From Trichoplax adhaerens (Eukaryota; Animalia; Placozoa), in NCBI RefSeq assembly GCF_000150275.1, contig NW_002060944.1, positions 7,764,735 to 7,828,734 on the forward strand: a stretch of DNA of 64,000 nt, written 5' to 3'. Under the pieces are notes generated by a model that searched no databases, had not been told where the DNA came from, and saw only the letters and a list, made by a program, of their open reading frames with translations. Made by a program: the position numbers and the translations under genes. Of this stretch, positions 11,501 through 24,163 are shown piece by piece (position 1 is the first letter of the stretch; each line of letters starts with the position of its first letter).

Positions 11501-13038
11501 CAGTTTGTGTATAAGAAAACGTAACATATTGTTTACTTCATTCTATATAGTAATAATTATTTAAGGTTTGTTTAAAAATTATTTGAATTAAGGTTTTAAA
11601 TTTCTAAACACTCTTTAGCTTATTCCTTAAGAATACAGACTTAGATTTGCAAAATACATTAGAGATCAATTATATTCCATATTTAACCTTCAAGGAAAAG
11701 TAAGTATGGCCTACATTAAAATAATGACCTTTGAGCTTTCTCGGTTAATAATCATTAAAAGTCACTAGCAAGTAGCGCTTGCGTTGTTTTAAAAACTCAC
11801 ATTTTTATTTACATTCTTGCCATTTCGCCATGTAGTTCAAATTCTGGAGCCTCCAACGATTATGAAAGAGTTACTCTTTCTGCACAAGTTACTACTGTGT
11901 CCGAAAGTGAGGGTAAGAAACAATCGGATGTCATAGAGAAACAGTTGAAAGCCAAATTGGATGATTTAGAGAAGAAATATCTGAGAATGTCAGAGCAAAA
12001 GGTATAGTACTAGTATTAGATATCATTCATGAAATTAAACATATATCTTTTAGGTAAAATATTGTAATTGTTGATATTTAGAACTATTTAGAGGAAATAT
12101 TGAGACAGAAAGATAGTAAAATTAAGGAAGCTGTATCACAACAAGTGAGGTTAATGGATAGATTAACCACCATAGAGAAGAAAGCAACGGAAGAAAAGCG
12201 AGAAATGGAAGAATTAATTGATGAATTGCAAGAGGAATTGTAAATTGACTAACAGAATTTAAGAGAGCGCATTATATTTTATCATATATTTATTATCGTC
12301 GTGATACAATTATAATAATTTTTAAAAAATTGACCCACATTTGCTATTTTCTTTATAAGGAACTATTATAAAAACCTTACTGGAAATAACGTTTCTAGAC
12401 AAAGCATACCGCAGCAAATAAGCGGGGAATATCACGCAGATGTCTACAATCCTCAACCTCAACAACCTCCTTATACGCAAGATTATCGAATTCCACCGGC
12501 AGAAGAGTTGCAAGACTATAACCAAAATGATAACTATTCGGAAGATTCATTTCAAATGAATCAACATAACTATTCGTCGAAGGAAAGTTTGAATGAACTA
12601 GATCATAATCAGCTTGATAATCAAGGTAGATAATAAAATGTAGTCATTTTGTAAAATCAATAGTTAAGTGATTTCTTGTAGATATGCAATGTGATATAGC
12701 TAAGTAAATTAGTAAATGCTAATAAAATCTATTATGAAGTTAAAATATTGTTGTAATCATGTCAGAATTAATTGTCATTACACCTCTAATACTTGCGATA
12801 TTATATTACAGTTTCAACAAATAATCCTCCAAATGAAACTGAAACGCATCACATTACTGATGATGTTACAGCTTCAACGAATAATCCTCCAAATGAAACT
12901 GAAACGCATCACGTTACTGATGATGTTATAGTTTCAACGAATAATCCCCCAAGTGAAACTGAAACACATCACGTTACTGATGATACGCCAGAAAAAGAAT
13001 CAAATCGTAATGATAATGAAAGTGAACATAATGCTTAA
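8595..13038 (+). CDS. RUNDC3: RUN domain-containing protein 3 (RUNDC3A/B homologue), about 10 exons
   Basis: Exons approx. 8595-8674, 9934-10049, 10397-10530, 10935-11020, 11333-11422, 11619-11699, 11835-12001, 12082-12238, 12360-12625, 12812-13038. Peptides: IDDSSTELQNFCVAVEQML, FWNYIRDACKGIPQNCIASI, VRAWIRMALMEKRLSEYL, followed by a coiled coil. Confidence 0.9.
9157..9562. repeat. 200-bp tandem duplication (2 copies) in RUNDC3 intron 1
   Basis: ACATGTCGTAGTTTCAACAT... starts at 9157 and again at 9357. The copies differ by a few substitutions and small indels. Confidence 0.95.
12805..12984 (+). repeat. 60-bp coding tandem repeat, about 3 copies (xSTNNPPNETETHHxTDDVx)
   Basis: Units align at a period of exactly 60 in the last RUNDC3 exon. 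Confidence 0.95.
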
Positions 13039-14199
13039 AACTAATGCAAAGATGCTTTCAATCGTGTAAATTGCTGTTGAATACCAAGATCTGTTAGCGA
13101 AATTTGCCACCGGTAATACCTGCCCTACGATTAAACTTGAAATTCGCATTTGGTAGATTGGTTATTGATAGTAATAGTCTATAATCTACCTGCTATTGTA
13201 TTGTTCTGTTCACAGCTTTGCACTTTCATTACATCTGTAATATTATACTAAGTTGATTATTGCAATAGTCTAAGAGTTACTTTGCATCGTTATTTTGTTG
13301 TTATGAAGGAATTGCTGTATTCATACAAGTAATAAGGCGTATGTATAATAAGTGTGCTCGATATAAAAATTCTATGGTAGATCTTTATTATTGTACTTAC
13401 TGATTATTATCAAGGTATAAAATTTTTAGCTTTCTCAATGTAATATTATTTACCTAATATCATATCAATAACACTACTTTCGTTTTAAATTTATATTTTC
13501 TTGTAATTTCTAACGCTTAAGAACGTTAGAGTGTCAACTATTATCTAACATTATATTCTGGTTAGAATTTTTTTTAACTAGTAGCTATGAAATGAAAAAA
13601 TTCTTAATTAACGTTTTATTATTGCCGGTATAATCACATTGTATAGGCAACGACCGATTACATAAATATTGATGTTAGTGTATGAAATTGTGCCGTCAAA
13701 TTTACTTATAAATTCGTATCCAAGTCAGGAATGTATCGAACTACGTCAATTACAGGTTTGAGACGATCACTTTTAACAGATCTTTATTAGAGTAAGAAAG
13801 CTGGATTTTCATCAAGAAAATATAAGTTTTAATGTTTTCAATCAAGAATACAATACATGAGATCAAAGATACAGAAATCGAATAAATAAACTACATTATA
13901 ACAATAAATCTTAATGTTAAGATATGAATTTTTATACTTAAAGTGAAAAAGCAAGCGCATTAGTGATAGATAAAGTTATAATAAATTTCAATGTATTGCT
14001 ATTTAGGGAACTATATCTCACAAGGAATAAGTACAGATATTAAATAATAAAAAAGGCAAAAAATTCTAAATTCTAGATTATAGTTTCTCATGGAATGCAA
14101 ATACTATGTATCAAAATTTGATTTCGAAGTATAAAATTTTGAAAAAAATTACTATTTCTTTGTACTATTGTTAGTAAAATAGTTTTTCAATGGAAAAAA

Positions 14200-17100
14200 T
14201 TAAAGAGAATCTATTTTAATTTGATAATTACAGTTATCCATGTCAGTTGACTCCTCTGTTTTAATTACCTTCGGTAAATGTTCATTACCACTCTACAATA
14301 ACATATGGAGGTCAGTGCATGTACGTATGCAACACGTAGAATATTTAACAGTTACATGGTAATCTGAAAGAAATGATTGTTTAAATACTTTGATAGAAAG
14401 AGTTACAAGGATACCTTTTCATTATTTATCGCAAGTTTTCTTTTTTTACCAGCTGGCCAACCTCTCTTCCTATCAGAGCTTGGACGCTAAATAGTAGTCA
14501 AGTTATGTGCATTAGTTGAAAACCTTGTTTTACTTGCTAATCATTTGACTATTTATATAAACAAGAGAGTAATATGAAATCTAAAATCTAAGCTTACTTT
14601 CCATATATTTTGTGGTGTGAAAACTACCGTTGGTTTTCTGTTTGATCTCATTTGTCTAGGAGAATTTACGTTGGTAATCATCAGAGCTTCATCATCGCTA
14701 TCGTCACTTTTTACGCAATCGGAACATTGCCTTAATGTGAAGAAGTTAGTTTTTCGTTATACTTTACTTAGCATCATCTAGTAAGCAGAATCTGAATTTG
14801 ATGCTTACCAGCCAAATTTAGCTGTTTTCCTGGGCATTTTCATTAAAGGCGGCGATAAACACGCCAAATGATAGTATTTACGACACGTGTCACAAAGCGC
14901 CATAGAATATTCACTATCTGGAAGTCCGCATATTGCACATCTAAACAATACAAGTGTGATCATTTAATTTGTAAGATTTCAGTATATATGATTGTGGGAG
15001 TTATAAAAAATTTGTGCGAAAGAATTGGATAAGCAGGAACAGCTAAACAAATTATTCAAGAGAAAGGTTATAAGATAAAGTGTATTTTATAAGAAAATTT
15101 GACTACTTAGCCATAGTGCTAACAATTCTAAAAAATGAGGGATAAGGTTAACAAATACCTCATCTTAGTATCTTTACTTTCGCGCTTATTGTTCTCAGCA
15201 ACTAGGGAATCTTGTAAAGATTCGGGAAGTCGAAATGGCTGAATACAAACAAAATAAGTTCATCAACATGAAATTGTTTGATATGCTACAGAAGTGAAAG
15301 AGAATGCAATAAAGAGTATAGTGAAGAAAGTGCTTTCTTGATACCTTATCGGATATTTTATTTACAATTTGTAAAAGCTGCTTTAAAGCTTCCATACGTG
15401 ACTGTCTTTCGTCTTCATAAGTTTTAGATTGAGCTTTAAGCTAAATGTAATATAGTGATTTACATATATTAATTAAATTTGATAGAAGATGTTGCAGACA
15501 TGTTACTGAAATAAAAATTAAAATAAAGTAATTAACTCAATAATTACACTTTCTAATTCTTTTAAGTATTTGCTTTCCGTTCGTAGAAGTTCTATTTGCT
15601 TCTTTTTCAAAGTATTAATATTTTCTTTCAGAAATGCAACTCTTGATTTACGTTCTAGTAATACAACATCATAAATATACAATTTTAATTGGCATCGCAG
15701 AATAGGACTGCAGCGATTGAATGAATTTCTTACCAAAGTAGTAGCACACAAATTCGCAAGTGAAGGATGGTACAATACTCCATCTACGTCGGACTGATTT
15801 TATGCTTTCAATCGCACTATCGATAATATTACTCTGTAAAGTTAAATTGAGATTAGCTTATTATACGATGTAAAGAACATACAATTTCAGTTTCGTAGCG
15901 TAAAGTAAGTGTTGTACCTGTGGAGCAATTCCCATCAAGTCTGCTTTAGTATGCAATTTTCGACAAGCTGTACAGGGAAGATTATATCATTTTTAATCGG
16001 AGAAAATTTTCTGATCATCAGTAAAATATTTAATGTTTCTACAAGATATTTTAGAATGTACAAATACCTGGTGGGCTTGTACATAAATCTCGTGCTTCAA
16101 ATTCGGTATAAGCTATTGGTAATACATAGTGAAAATATATTAAGTTTGAATGGGTTACTCTTACTATTCATAAGGTATTCAATACTTACTTATAGGCTTA
16201 GGAAGACTTTTTCTATAATTGGAATATTTCTCTTTAGCGCGTTCAAAACATTTTTGGAGTCGTTTCTACAATACATATCAAATATCGATGCTAAATTTAG
16301 TTAACCGATTTAGAATGCTAACTTAAATAAGTCATACTGACATCTTCTAGAAATTTTTTCAACGGTGATGTTTGCATAAATAAACTTCGACTAGCTAACC
16401 AATTTCTTTTCTGATGGAAGAAGGAAGAATAAATTGGAAAGAGTTACCTTTTTCCATAGTATTAAGAGCTCGAAGCAACTTTACCTGCTTTCTTGCTAAT
16501 TCTTTATCACAATGTAATTTACAATAGGCAAAAAATGGATCTGCAACTTCCTGATACGGTAAATAAGAAATTGAAATCTCAATAATTATATCATACATAT
16601 TGCATCCATTCGGAGAAATACTATTACCTGTTCGCTAGTTTCTTGAAGAAGAAGACCATTGCGTTGTGCACTAATAGTTAATAAAGAATGACTCTGTCAG
16701 TATATTAGCTACTAATAATAACAGCATTAACGTTTATTATTTGATGCACCATTATGAAAGGAATTTTATCAATTCAACTTACCAAGTTACGTGAAAATAG
16801 GTTTTACACAATCCAGCATCACACGAAATACAGATGCCAGTTTTAGCGAAGCGTTGATCTTCACAGATGTAGCACTCCTGAACAGTGAATACATATATTA
16901 TCATACTTCTGGGTAGTTTATAGAATTTCACATTAACTCTCAATTCACGGAAATGAACTTCCAAGTTTATACACGTTAAAGCGTGCAGTTTCGTCTAATA
17001 ATTTTTATTTAAAATTTACCCGATTCTTCCATTTTTCGGACGAAATTTCGGAAAGAATTACTGGCTTCAATTTATCCACGTCACCAAATGCTACACCAGC

Positions 17101-18395
17101 AGTATACAAGGCGCATACTAAATGGACCCATCTATAGCATATGAAAAATCCATCAGCGTAGACTAGCAGAACTTTGGCATTCAGAATACATTTTATGTAA
17201 ATGTAGAAATCAGATGATGTCTATTGTGTGGCATATTTATCATTCTTAGCAGTCCTCGGAAGTTGAGTAGCAAGCATTTACCTTCCAGTATCGGTTTGTT
17301 TAAGTATACCACCGTGATTTGGGCATAGTTCGCAATCCTATTAGGATAACAATAAAAATCTTTTCTTAAAATTAAATGACGAAACTTTATTAATTTTAGG
17401 TCGGATGCCTAACCCTAGCGTTATTATCGTCTAGACAACAATCACAAAACCATGGCTCGGTAGTTTCTGTAGGATCATCATCTAATACAGATTCATCTTC
17501 AACGCCGTAACAGCCTATAAGTGAAATCAATTATACTATAGATGAAAATGAACTTGTAACTTGAAGGTTATAGATATTTAGTATAATATCGTACCTTCGT
17601 GGACTGATATACCACATTTATCGCATTCAATAATTTCTCCGGAGTCTTCGCTGAAATTGAATGATTAAAAATAGGCGTAATTAGAGTTGTGCGATCTTAT
17701 AATTTGATGAAAATACATATAATTGATAGATGCTAACCTATTACTGAGACATATAAGGCATATAGGCTTGGAACGAACAATAAATGAGTTAGATTTTGCA
17801 ATATTCTTAGCTGAACTTATGTTTGTAGTACTCTTTCCATGCATTTCGTTAATTGGCTATTGTGACATAAGCAGAATCGAGCTTCAGTATCAAATCCATC
17901 AGGTATTGTAAAGACAGTTTTATTCTATAGAGGCAAGTTACACTTACTTTATCATCATAAATATCTACATCGCTTTTATCTACAGAATCGTGACTATTAT
18001 TGTCTTCTTGAGAAGAGCTACCATCAGAATCATTACTACTATCAGTGGTCGATGATGGTTCTTCACTTTCGATATAATCTTCATCGTCTTCGTCGTCATC
18101 ATCATCATCATCATCAACATTGACGTTGATACCGTTATTAGCAGGTGAAAGTTCATTATCATCGCTGCCATCGCTATCGGTAGCGATAGTTTTGGAAGTA
18201 TTTTGCACTATAGTTAAGAAATGATTGACTGTTAGCGTCAAATTGATGCTGATAGATTTAAATCGTATAATAGAGATTCACCATCATCTTCAAATTGGTA
18301 ATCTTTATCGTCTTCGCTATCATCTTCAATTATAGGAACATCAATGATGTGCTTTTCTACCGGCTTAATGCGCCGTTTATTAGGTCCACGATCAA
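14200..18395 (-). CDS. PHF14: PHD finger protein 14, about 21 exons; first coding exon not located
   Basis: N-terminal DRGPNKRRIKP (human MDRGSKRRQVKP) and an acidic tract. PZP module: [115 protein letters not shown]. Then a coiled coil and PHD3 CAICG..CDTCRKYYHLACLSPPLMKMPRKTAKFGWQCSDC. Likely stop at 14200-14202. Confidence 0.92.
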
Positions 18396-21300
18396 CTATG
18401 TTAACATCGAATGAAAAAAGTTCATGTTATTTATTTTAATAGAAAACTATCATGAATGGCTGAGATAGATACTAAATCGGTGAAATAAGCAATTAAAAAC
18501 GTGTTTCAGTATCTAGCTATTGCTAATTACGATTAGTTGTCGGTTTTAGTATATAATCTTTATTATAATGGTATAACAGCTAGACCATGATTGATGACTG
18601 CTTTTGGAGACATTTAAATAGGAACGATTTATAGTTTAGTAACGCGGCAATTTTTTCATTTAAAGTCATGAGTCATGATATCAAGTGTTAGGGGGTTAAT
18701 TTAAAGTATGATTTACAAGTTTTACGATTAGAATTACGAACATCGCATTTAGTGAGGGTGAAAGAAATGTCTGACGAATTAAACAAGTCATATACAGCTT
18801 AAAAGTTGAATCCTCTGACTTTATAAATTTTAATATTTATACTGAGTATCACTAAAGTTTAAAAACTGTACCCGTCCATCTTATAAATTCCAGGTGAATT
18901 TCGCGAAATAATAATTTTTCAAGTGTACTGTATACTAGTGCCGGTACAGCAGTCTTGTATTTATTAATTAATTAATAAATACATCAACTTTGCTAATGTT
19001 GATTGTGATATTAAGTAATTTACTATATATTGGATACTTTAAAGTTGTTACTATTGCGTTTCGATGTTTTTCAATATTATATTATCTAAATAAGGTTCAA
19101 ATAGCTTTAAAGTGAAAAAAATCTTTTAAGATCTTAGCCAAAATGATATTTCAGCATCTAAAGTAGATTTGGATTTTCTTTCTTCAGGACAGTAATGATA
19201 ATAATGAATTGGGATATAGCCTATTCAAAATTTATAACATTGTCTTTTAGACAATTTATAACTGCAGCCTTTGATTCACATGTCGCAGTGATTGATAAAT
19301 AGGAGAATATCGTAGTAAGTTATCAATGAAGTTATTGCAATAAAAATAGTAGAAGGGTAATATATTTAGACAGCTAATAATTAATATAATTATATTAGTC
19401 TATTTTTTTTATACTGTATCATCATAGATCTCTCACTAATAGGGCAAATTTTGATCAAGTTGTCGTCCATCATTGTAAGGCAAAACGATGATATTGAGAT
19501 CGTCACGATAAGAATATACCGTACTTGTGCAGGGTTAATTGATCACTCCTTTTTCCATAAAAAGTAAAGTATAAACAAATCATGTAATAATGATGATTAA
19601 GGTTCTTTATTTAAAAAATTTTTTATTAACATAATAAATCGCGTCTTTATTTTCCCTTTAAGAATCGCATTCGTTGATACGCGTAATTCTATTTATTCAC
19701 CAATAATTAATTAAAGTCCTCTCGTTGGCGTAGTCTAATGTTAATGTAAAGCCATTATTAATTAATAAATATGTCATATTCTATGCTGTTGCTTGCATAT
19801 AACTTCGATTGGACAGAACATTAGACCATCTGTTAAGTGGTCTACACGTCAAAAAATTTATGATGCAATTTATGTATTAGGGATGTAATTTGCAAGGGGT
19901 CTATTGACATAGAGTAATATCTTATTATTAGGTAATTATAGAGCAATGAGTTGTACATACGAGTAGATATTAGATAATAGCAAATGGGTATTTGTTCAAT
20001 TTTACACATTTAACAGAGCAATCTATGATGCTCTTGGTTGATGTTCTATCGTCATCAAGCATAATATGATTGTCATCTGAGATTTCAAGAAAATTGAAAA
20101 TTTCATTTGCATGGTATTTACGGCTTGTGATACTAGCAGCACAGTAATTCTTATTTTAATCCGTATGAAAAGTTGCACGTAAATATTTGGTAGATGTAAA
20201 AGTAATAAGTGTAGTAGATAAAGAGAAATTTGGATCCTAACTAGTTGTGCATGAATTTCGATCTTAACTAACTAAATGCTACACAAGTAATGTAATCATA
20301 ATGGAATTATATGATTATCGTTATTTGCCAATGACCTACACTATTATATTGGATATTATAAGATATATAATGACAATAATTTGAATTAAATAATTGGTCG
20401 CTTACATCTAATTGCCGCTAAAGGCAAAGGTGGACATACCCCCATTTATACTACATTTTATAATTTTTCGAATGGTCCGTAGACATATTCCGATTTTAAA
20501 ATTGATGGAGTAGTCTCATTAATGGGCTACATCTACTAAAGAATGTTGAATTAAACAAATTAATGGATAAAAATTAAAAAAAAATTAAAATCTAAATAGG
20601 AAAACCTTGCCAGGGTAAAGCTACTAAGGAAAATGATATGCTAAGATATGGATACTTCACTTATACATGCTTTCATTCTAAAACTGTGAACTATAACTAG
20701 CAGTCAAGAATGTAACTAACTGAAATGCTTTAATAAGCAATTTTGATCGTTAAGCTCGTTATAGCGCTCACTTTATTAATTGTAAAGTGTATGAAATGAT
20801 ATCCCCCACCCCTGATAGTACTAACGGTGACTTGCATAGATTAAATACAGTATCATATTCGTATCCTATAAGAATGTTTATGTTGCGTTATTTTCACAGT
20901 AAATTGACTACATCGCTATTATCGGTGTCCCATACATGTCAATAAAATTAACATACACGTAATTCTACGATTGTGTAATACTATTTCAAAACTAAGTTCT
21001 TTTCCTTGATATTTCATGATTGCAATACAATGTACATATCTACTTTTATACAGTAATAAATTGATGATGGCGATTATTACAAATAGACATACATGCCATA
21101 GCCAAAAGCTATGCAAATATATCGACATTAATAGATATGAAAAATAATGCTCTATCAAGGGATATGTTGACTCCAATTTAATCTATTTATTATCCATTGG
21201 TATTAAGTCACCTGAATATCGAAATTAAAAATATCGTAACACAATTGAATGATCTTAAGGCTACTTGCTTAATGCTTAATAATTAATAGTTGCAGTAAAA

Positions 21301-23773
21301 TATAAAGCCCATTTAGCGAGGAGCTTGATTTGAGTGATCTATTAATAACGAAGAGCGCAAAATTTGGCAATGTAAAGGAGATCAATTTACTTATTATTCT
21401 ATCCAGATTTTCTAACAAGTAGGCTTAAGTTAGAAAAGAAAGATTAATGAGTATAAGTTGTATTGATGGCCATTTACAAATTGTTTGAGTGCCAGTCCAT
21501 CGTTCACGAGTAAGTAGTAAGACGATCAGCTAATAGTCATTTTGTTACTTTTCTTCGAATATTAAGGGAATATTAATTATTGATTAGGTTACAATGTTCC
21601 AATAAGGGTAAGAGACTATTAAGTTATTCTAAAGCGATCAATCTGTTTAATTAATCTACACTGCAATTAGTGCTGTTACCGCCATACTAATAACCTTGGT
21701 GACAAGTAGCCTGTGGTGTATCCCGATGAAGGTATAATGGTGTACGTATATCTTCCGTGTACTAGATTATTTCATTTAACTTGGAAAACTTGATAATTTG
21801 TCCTAATTTGTCAAATTTATGATATTCTGGTCTTGCTTTACATTAATAGGTTAAATAAAGTATTTAATGCACAGAATGTATATTATATAAATAATATATT
21901 ATTCTTATATGATATTATTAAATTATTCATTGACACGTTTTAAAAATATTTAGCGTCCCCGTCTTATCGTTACCGACAAAGAGAACCTCATATATAAACT
22001 ATGTTCCGCTCAAAGATTACAGTATCCAATTAGTACTGTTATAAATTGACTGTTGATAAGCAAAATAATCTTAAAGCTAGTGCATCTACTTTCATTACTG
22101 ATAGACGCGTACAGCAGATGAAAGTGTGCATAACTTAGAAATTATTTACTTGAATCATATATTAGCAGTATAAGGCCATTTAACCTGTTCATGATAGCTC
22201 GGCGAATTGATTTCAGTTTTACTCATTATCTTAGCAATCTACGGTATTTGCACAATCTCTCTGGTATGAGTGCTACTTTTTCTTCAAGGATACAAAATTG
22301 AATTCAAAATAAATAACATCTTTGATCAGTGCAATGGATAATTATAGTGATGGCATGATTTTCTTTCTGTAAGAATATGTCATGACGATTGTGTAAATTA
22401 GAAACTATATGAATGATGTTGGTCGTTAGCATTGTAGTCAATTGGTAGTATCTCGTGATAATTTGATAAGATAATAAAAGTATTGACTACCGGCAACCCA
22501 TTTAATACCACAGTCTGTATATAGATATCTTTGCTGCAGAATATTGGCAAAGATTGTGATATAACTATATATGTACGCGTACTGCATATGCACGCTTCCA
22601 AGAATGTCATGTTGCTCATTCTATTTTGATAGCTTCTTTACATGGTGATGTGGGGATTGTTGGCGGTCGTGCAAATAATTTCGTAATTTGGTGGATAAAA
22701 TGAATAGGATTTAATTGAATAATCAAACGTTGGTAGAAATTGTACAATCTATCCTCCGTTAATCAGATCAAGGGTATCACACATTATCAGAATAAGAAGT
22801 ATTCTAGCCAAGTAGATATCAGTGGATGATATTTAGTCTTGTCGGTAGACAAGATATCACAGGGTCTATTTAATATGCTCAACATGAAATTATTCAAGAT
22901 ATTTGAGTTCATGCTTCCGCTACTATACGGTACGTAACAAGTATTTGGCAATGATTATAAAAGAAGAAAAAAAAAATTGCCGCTGTCTGTCATTAATTAA
23001 TATGGTCAAGATTGGAGATAGCATATCAAAATAGGATGATGAATGCGATTTTAATATAACTGTATATTGATACATTTTATATTGACTTTCATTTTAATAA
23101 TGGGGCATTTCCAGTACTCCATCCAGTAGCATAATTTATAAATGATATTATTAAATCTTGCAGTATCAGTACGTTATCACTTGGCTATTGAATTGACAGA
23201 GTACACAGAGTAGAGTATACATAGATACTGTACTGTATAGCCAAGAGAAATGACTTACGCATGGAAAACAGAAATGCAACTTCTTGATGTTGTCTATCAT
23301 CGTCAGCAGCCATCTTTTTTTTACAATGGATAGAAAAGGAAAGAAGCAATTGCTATAATAAAAATAATTTGCACTTTGGATAGAATTTCTAGAAGGATGG
23401 TCGCAAATCTGATTTTAACTTCAACCAAGTCGATTTCGACGGCCTTTGTTTCGATGCAAACTCACCGATTACCCGGGGGTTCTGATGATTTGTACTACAC
23501 CGGTTGCAGACCACACTGCCACTGCCCCAGCAGTTCGTTCTCCTTATAATAACAATGATTCAAGACTTGGCACAATATGAACTGTATGAGAATGGCGCTG
23601 CTACCACGGTAGTCTAGTCGATAGATAGACCCATGGTAGAAAGCACTGTAATGTCTGTACGGTGTATGTCCGTGTTCTGTAGGACTTGTACAGTAGTCCA
23701 AAGTCTGTAATGCTACAACATGATACAGTATGAGTAATTGTACAGAATTGGTGCCGACAGTCTAACGATAGTA

Positions 23774-23934
23774 CAGGGCGTCCGGAAAGACGTCTCAGAA
23801 CATTGCTGTTTGCGATATTAAAATCTCCAGAACACGATCTTACCTGCATACAAAATTTGGAAATAAAGTTTGTACACATCTTTCGTACAGAAATAAATTA
23901 GATTAGATTTGTCCAGACTTTCCGGACGCCCTTG
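23774..23934. mobile_element. Tc1/mariner-like MITE, about 161 bp, flanked by TA
   Basis: TA|CAGGGCGTCCGGAAAG ... CTTTCCGGACGCCCTTG|TA: 16-bp terminal inverted repeats with a 1-nt insertion in the right end. TA dinucleotides at 23772-73 and 23935-36; no coding capacity. Confidence 0.6.
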
Positions 23935-24163
23935 TACAGTACTGATAGACAGACTATGGCACCGTTATGCTGTTCAATGAACATACTGTAATTAATTAAT
24001 TCATTAATAATTAATTATTATTATTATTGTTATATATTGTCAATGATGACCGTGTTGTAATGGCGATTGACGAGCGAACGCATGAGCTGACCTCGACATC
24101 GGTAGCTGTGCAGATTCGTAGCATAGGACATCATGTCTGAAGTGCAGATGCAAAAGCAGTAAA

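Noticed and set aside
14293-14414. PHF14 last intron donor GTATCCTTG resembling a U12 site
   Set aside because: No TCCTTAAC-like branch point; it has a normal U2-type CACTGAC branch and an AAG exon end.
18865-18880. ATGGACGG|GTACAG as the first exon of PHF14
   Set aside because: Phase 2 donor does not fit the phase 1 acceptor at 18395 and would give an immediate stop; the start remains unresolved.
19000-23300. Short ORFs and exon-like pieces, including a faintly PAN-like SIIDCSVKC frame near 19975-20160
   Set aside because: Could not assemble a consistent spliced gene or recognise a family. A lineage-specific gene cannot be excluded.
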